Assembly (NCBI GenBank): GCA_028701715.1
Contig: JAQVQF010000001.1
Coordinates: 1 to 37,963, forward strand
Direction of reading: 5' to 3'
DNA: 37,963 nucleotides
From: Eubacteriales bacterium
Lineage (GTDB): Bacteria > Bacillota > Clostridia > Oscillospirales > CAG-382
The notes under the pieces were generated by a model, which made no database searches, had not been told where the DNA came from, and saw nothing but the letters and a program-made list of their open reading frames with translations. The stretch's first letter is position 1; each line of letters opens with the position of its first letter. Positions 34,701-37,963 of the stretch are shown here, in pieces. A program made the translations under genes and the position numbers.

Positions 34701-34794
34701 TAATTTCATGTTCAACGCTTTGTTCGGCGCTTTCCCGTTTGCGTTGTCTCCCGTCGACCCCCCCAAGGATCCGCCGTTTATAGTAACAGCCTGA
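31753..34794 (+). CDS. hypothetical 1013-aa single-pass membrane protein (signal peptide, ~230-aa ectodomain, TM, Gly/Asp linker, ~720-aa cytoplasmic region)
   Basis: ATGA start/stop overlap with the upstream gene; GGGAGGG RBS. The signal peptide is MKKLCCSLVLLILFFNAFPIISFA|EE. The TM IPVPVAIVVGVLGIGASLAAAAGI (about nt 32518-32589) is followed by GGGDGGDDGGKKNSKYK, which fits positive-inside. I recognise no catalytic motif. Confidence 0.85.
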   Translation: MKKLCCSLVLLILFFNAFPIISFAEEAKTETVDPYEYLGVNTFDEVMEYISIGRDKDYNPLKVKSIDIDIVSQITFYSMNSTENSYPVSLPSMVTIEFTSGSSVNLPFSTGEIVHMDDEWRLATEEFDGTIVIDIITGSEGWGYYSYKAYFIGSVKSRTRLGRVEDGNVESIYTNQYTAENPLSVNFSYRTYLHGDDTSDDNWRQITVSFESLCYGAQWFKFIMTPGKMVVETTPAQTSDVTVSTDADETAGETSIPVPVAIVVGVLGIGASLAAAAGITGGGDGGDDGGKKNSKYKLCIKKDFGDSIAYNRKPVTVYARMCEITPEGRELDRPDLTSNIRIFSSGNPITVDSLFVSGNYMAANISAEAAAGTVTEKTGIISFAYTGEGGTFRNDVTFRLIGEPYISFPEQKSYSGRMFVDVIAGDGCEYELTIDLCDFTKEAENVKFASESGEAKAEFEKIAPYKYKAIIHNLTSASSDKSCFARVRYIPITVTAENDIEKAENVFELAVYPEGLSVRSDAVKDDKLCIRSYDNPDAGDLDYKIKPTRFDLVLAVREKNAEGKEKAIIADMKEATSSFAKLKGTGKDTEELLKAYKYKLDDSSKTDGIFRIIPETSIPELGSPYYVTLPVRCEYRSGSYSVDIPCRLVGEREEKPSERDIEYRKLIDRVKRYVPEEEWSAVLKNIKSNADTMSIMTMHALSKSIIYTAQARFLNESESQRAWADALDWMIYGLEWAKWFGDQAFAYLATVYTGPVGEALLSPAKEILTNLIGEVGVQIVYGEKFDFESLQIMNNLSAALDNLIMTSADPSRLDIRQMATVLAGFLIVNAAKNYVLNVDKDGKRDFYKAITDAFGNLTVNAMKILCSDLFGKAMKSQAVKSAMNTQCGKWIKTSLVKYLPDMDIFFSNNERMVSIEKLAILDKYISEICGLGAATVFKKASESVIDFTPDDVVFSFVLWENTANPDDSIVVKVSLKAVGEKLYNFMFNALFGAFPFALSPVDPPKDPPFIVTA

Positions 34795-34811
34795 TAATAA
34801 ATCGAATAAAT

Positions 34812-34835
34812 AAAACCCGGGTAAATCCGGGTTTT
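34812..34835. terminator. bidirectional intrinsic terminator between the 1013-aa gene and spoVT
   Basis: AAAACCCGG (34812-34820), loop GTAAAT, CCGGGTTTT (34827-34835). The 9-bp stem is flanked by A and T runs on both sides. Confidence 0.8.
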
Positions 34836-34877
34836 ATTATGGCTTTTTTGTATCAGGAACTGATACCCTTGCGAAGA

Positions 34878-35414
34878 CTACAGCTCAAGCTGCTTCGATA
34901 AAAACAATGCGCCGGTATTTATCATCTTGCGTTCCGATTCGTCGGGCGTACAGCCTTCCCTTGCCAGAAGCATAATACCACCGATAACGTCACCGTCGGA
35001 TATTATGGGCGTGAGGTAGGATACCCGCCCCGTGCCGTGTTCGGTAAGCTCGATGCCCGTCCCCGCTTCCGCGGCCGTAAAGGACTGGCGTTTTTCGAGC
35101 GCGGACGAAATTGAACCCGAAATCGGCTTTTCAAGATATTCCCTGCCGTTTATCCCTGCGACAGCCACCACCGTATCACGGTCGCATACCGCGACCGGTA
35201 TACCCGCGGCTTTATTCAATGCATCGGCATATTTTGCCGAAAATGTGGATATTTCACCAAGCGGTGAATATTTTTTAAATATGACTTCCCCGTCTTTATC
35301 GGTGTATATTTCCAGCGGTTCGCCTTCGCGTATACGCATGGTACGACGGATTTCCTTGGGTATTACCACTCTGCCGAGGTCGTCTATTCTTCTAACTATA
35401 CCTGTAGCTCTCAT
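34878..35414 (-). CDS. spoVT: stage V sporulation protein T (AbrB-type N-terminal domain + GAF-like domain)
   Basis: MRATGIVRRIDDLGRVVIPKEIRRTMRIREGEPLEIY... closely matches the SpoVT/AbrB swapped-hairpin N-terminus. It is 178 aa from ATG 35414, with GGAGTG 6 nt upstream. The track start at 35423 is a GTG extension. Confidence 0.92.
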   Translation of the reverse strand: MRATGIVRRIDDLGRVVIPKEIRRTMRIREGEPLEIYTDKDGEVIFKKYSPLGEISTFSAKYADALNKAAGIPVAVCDRDTVVAVAGINGREYLEKPISGSISSALEKRQSFTAAEAGTGIELTEHGTGRVSYLTPIISDGDVIGGIMLLAREGCTPDESERKMINTGALFLSKQLEL

Positions 35415-35455
35415 ATATTTCACTCCGGATTATCAAAAATTCTCTTTGCGTAACC

Positions 35456-35484
35456 TATTCTTTGCCGTTTCGGTAAAATTATTC
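35456..35484 (-). promoter_or_regulatory. possible forespore sigma (SigG/SigF-type) promoter for spoVT
   Basis: On the minus strand, GAATA (35484..35480) fits the GHATR -35. After 17 nt, AAGAATA (35462..35456) matches 5 of 7 positions of the CAHWHTA -10. The consensus is recalled from B. subtilis, where spoVT is SigG-dependent. Confidence 0.3.
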
Positions 35485-35739
35485 ATAAAGCAAAAAAGAG
35501 GCTCTTTTATTCATACTCGAAGTATCCGAACGATATAGCGTGTTGTTCGATATATACCTTCTTATTTATACGATAAACCGCGTTACGCGTTATATGATTT
35601 TATTGATTTTATAAAAGTGTTTGTCTCAATTATTCGCAAACCAATAAAATAAAAAGCGATTGTTTTTACAAATTTGGTTATAATAACACAAAATTCCAGC
35701 TTTTTGCTTTATATTTATTATAGAACCTCATAAAAATGG

Positions 35740-35768
35740 TTGACAACTTGTTTTCATTATGATATAAT
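35740..35768 (+). promoter_or_regulatory. consensus SigA-type promoter for the ABC substrate-binding protein gene
   Basis: TTGACA (35740-35745), 17 nt, TATAAT (35763-35768). Both hexamers are perfect. The AT-rich leader is about 70 nt. Confidence 0.6.
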
Positions 35769-35845
35769 TTCAAAAATAATATTAATAATATTTGATATTA
35801 TTTTTATTAACGAGACCATAGATAAAATATTATTGGAGGGAAAAA

Positions 35846-37963
35846 ATGAAAAAGCAACTTATTAAACTCATCGGTCTAATTCTTATTGTCTGCATAACGG
35901 CAAGCATATTTGCAGCCTGCAGCGAGAAACCCGAAGAGAAAGTGGCTGCTGAGTATACATACAGAGGATACTCAACGGCACTCGGCAACAATTGGAACCC
36001 CCACACCTGGGAAACCAACGCAGATAATACAATACAGGATTATCTGTCCATGCCATTCTGCACAATGTCCATCAAGGATTCCGAAAACGGAGTTTATCAA
36101 TGGGTATATGAGATGGCAACATCCGTCGAAGACGTCACTGAAGACCACAAGGATGACCTGACAAAATACAATGTCACTCTTCCTTCCGGAAAAACAGCCG
36201 ACGAAGTAACCGAAGGCTATGTCTTCGAAATCAAATTGAATCCCGACGCAAAATGGGAAGACGGCACCGTTATCAACGCCGATTCTTATATTTATTCCAT
36301 GCAGCAGCTTCTCAACTCCAAGATGAGAAACTATCGCGCTAACCTGTACTATTCCGGCGAATCCGCGGTTGCGGGCGGTCTGGCATATTACAACTCCGAA
36401 GCTCCCATCTACTTACCGATGGTTCCCGCTTACGAAGATGAAGGCGATTATTCCTACGATCTCGAAGCAGGAATCGCAAACGGCGAGGTTTATATCAATC
36501 TCAGCAGCGCCGAAATGACTCTTTACAGCATGAGCCTTAACGATCTCCACAGCACATACGGCGTCGGCGACGATGCGGATTATACTTCAATAAAAAATGC
36601 CGAAAACGCTTTCGGTTATACCAAAATCACAAACGAAAACAAAGAAACCGCTCTTAAATTAATCAACGATATACTTACCGACTTATTCGGCATAACGGAT
36701 GAAGCAGAACTGGCTGATTATGTAAAGGAAGCTTTGTTCGTTAATAAAGGAGAAGTAGGCGAAAAGGTTGAATATGATGCCGTAGGCTGCTACAAAGTTG
36801 ATGATTTAACCATCCGCTATGTCTGCCAGACATCTATTGATTACAACTACTTCCTCACCTCCTGCACCTCCACATGGCTCGTTTACGAAACCCTGTACGA
36901 AGCGGGTAAGGATACCACGGGCGAACTCATCACAACAGATTACTGCACTTCCAAAGAAACCACCATGTCCTACGGTCCGTATAAGCTTTCTTCCTATGAA
37001 GACGGCAAGCAGATCGTATTCGTTCAGAATGAAAGCTGGTACGGCTGGACCGAAAATGATGACGGTTCTCTCACATCTACTACAAATTTCGAAGTTGACG
37101 GCAAAAAGATACAGCAGTATCAGACCACCAAGGTTATCATCGATGTAATGGATGACGCAACCGCCAAGCAGATGTTCCTCAAGGGCGATCTCAACGATTG
37201 GACTCCCAACGCTGACGACCTTATCGAATATTCATCCTCCTCCCGTCTGTATCAGATCGACGAAACCTATACCATGTCGTTGTTCTTTGACTGCGATTTG
37301 GAAGATCTTAAAGCCATGGACGAATCCAAGGGTAACCAGAATTCGGTGGTTTTGTCCAACATCAACTTCCGTGAAGCCTTCAGCTTGGCCATTGACAGAA
37401 GCGAATGGGTTAAAACGACCGAAGGCTACAAGCCGTCTTACGGTCTGATGAATACCCTTTACTATTATGATGTTTATAACGATCCTACATCCTCCTACCG
37501 CGGATCGGATGCGGCTATGCAGGCCATCTGCGACCTTTACGGCGTGGAATACGGCGATGGCAAGCTTTATACGACTCTTAAGGAAGCATATAAATCCATA
37601 AACGGCTACAACCTCACCGAAGCGAAAGAATTGATGAAGACCGCCTGCGATGAACTCGTCGCGGCAGAGCTTTATACGGCAGGCGAACCGATAGTAATCC
37701 GCATTGCCTGGATGAAGGGCGCTCTTGACACGCCTGCGCAGAATCAATGCTCGGCTATCGAAGGATATCTGAACGCCGCTATCGAAGGTTCCGGTTTCGG
37801 CGCCATAACTCTTGAACCGTACGGAAGCCTTAACGACCGTTACGGCGACGTAGGTACCCGCGGCGATTACGCAATCGGTTACGGAGCATGGGGCGGCGCA
37901 GCCTTCTATCCGTTCCGCAATCTCCAGGTTTACTGTGACAACGGCCAATATTCCCTCCATGAG
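35846..37963 (+). CDS. ABC transporter substrate-binding lipoprotein, family 5 (peptide/nickel, OppA-like), 3' end cut by window edge
   Basis: Not in the ORF track because there is no stop. The frame stays open from ATG 35846 (GGAGGG RBS) to the window end, 706 codons. The lipoprotein signal is MKKQLIKLIGLILIVCITASIFAAC|SEK. ...GNNWNPHTWETN... and ...FEIKLNPDAKWEDGTVINADSYIYS... fit SBP family 5. Confidence 0.88.
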   Translation, partial: MKKQLIKLIGLILIVCITASIFAACSEKPEEKVAAEYTYRGYSTALGNNWNPHTWETNADNTIQDYLSMPFCTMSIKDSENGVYQWVYEMATSVEDVTEDHKDDLTKYNVTLPSGKTADEVTEGYVFEIKLNPDAKWEDGTVINADSYIYSMQQLLNSKMRNYRANLYYSGESAVAGGLAYYNSEAPIYLPMVPAYEDEGDYSYDLEAGIANGEVYINLSSAEMTLYSMSLNDLHSTYGVGDDADYTSIKNAENAFGYTKITNENKETALKLINDILTDLFGITDEAELADYVKEALFVNKGEVGEKVEYDAVGCYKVDDLTIRYVCQTSIDYNYFLTSCTSTWLVYETLYEAGKDTTGELITTDYCTSKETTMSYGPYKLSSYEDGKQIVFVQNESWYGWTENDDGSLTSTTNFEVDGKKIQQYQTTKVIIDVMDDATAKQMFLKGDLNDWTPNADDLIEYSSSSRLYQIDETYTMSLFFDCDLEDLKAMDESKGNQNSVVLSNINFREAFSLAIDRSEWVKTTEGYKPSYGLMNTLYYYDVYNDPTSSYRGSDAAMQAICDLYGVEYGDGKLYTTLKEAYKSINGYNLTEAKELMKTACDELVAAELYTAGEPIVIRIAWMKGALDTPAQNQCSAIEGYLNAAIEGSGFGAITLEPYGSLNDRYGDVGTRGDYAIGYGAWGGAAFYPFRNLQVYCDNGQYSLHE

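Noticed and set aside
35766-35780. CodY-box-like AATTTCAAAAATAAT in the leader of the peptide-binding protein gene
   Set aside because: Only about 9 of 15 positions match the AATTTTCWGAAAATT consensus as I recall it, in a region that is almost all A/T. That is not distinguishable from background.
37232-37960. 242-aa ORF on the minus strand at the right edge
   Set aside because: It is antisense to the open plus-strand frame that starts at 35846, which has a lipoprotein signal and SBP family-5 motifs. This is a shadow ORF.
1-37963. CRISPR arrays, tRNA/rRNA genes, riboswitches or T-boxes, retron/DGR-type reverse transcriptases, toxin-antitoxin pairs
   Set aside because: I found no regularly spaced direct repeats and no cloverleaf-like or rRNA-like segments. 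The leaders upstream of proBA and the ior operon are too short for T-box or riboswitch folds. No RT, nuclease or small adjacent TA-like gene pair was recognisable, although a covariance-model scan was not possible.

Overview
This 38-kb chromosomal segment most likely comes from a spore-forming Clostridia. spoVT is present, coding DNA is roughly 50-60% GC on hand-counted lines, and ATA-Ile use is heavy. The taxon is inference only. I support 31 protein-coding genes: 29 complete and 2 cut by the window edges. Four calls are my own and not in the ORF track as such: both edge genes (no stop in the window) and two sORFs. I also call 11 promoter-like sites, 5 terminators or hairpins and 4 inverted repeats. 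I saw no rRNA, tRNA, CRISPR array, transposase, integrase or phage gene. Gene order, part 1: secreted protein (partial), maf, proBA, a degenerate NodB-like protein plus an unknown, then a 3-gene sugar operon (TIM-barrel isomerase, Gfo/Idh/MocA oxidoreductase, nucleotidyltransferase). Part 2: a low-GC YcxB-like gene, the arylpyruvate operon (sORF-iorA-iorB-paaK-ACT, minus strand), then giant pilin-like protein / 933-aa unknown / orphan PilT ATPase / Crp-type regulator. Part 3: a sulfur-relay cluster (trxA, rhodanese, CoADR-rhodanese-TusA-DsrE fusion), a low-GC islet with an ABC-class ATPase and a self-contained sORF cassette, then adhE plus a coupled kinase-fold gene. Part 4: a GH20 hexosaminidase, a zinc-ribbon membrane protein overlapping a 1013-aa single-pass protein, spoVT, and a family-5 ABC substrate-binding lipoprotein (partial). 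The best candidate for an undescribed system is 14156-18000(-18753). There a 933-aa soluble helical protein with no NTPase motif is tightly coupled to a lone PilT-family ATPase. It sits behind a 472-aa pilin-like protein, and no other type IV pilus gene is in view. Second best is the zinc-ribbon / 1013-aa pair at 30755-34794. All family assignments rest on motif recognition by eye and none has been checked by a search.
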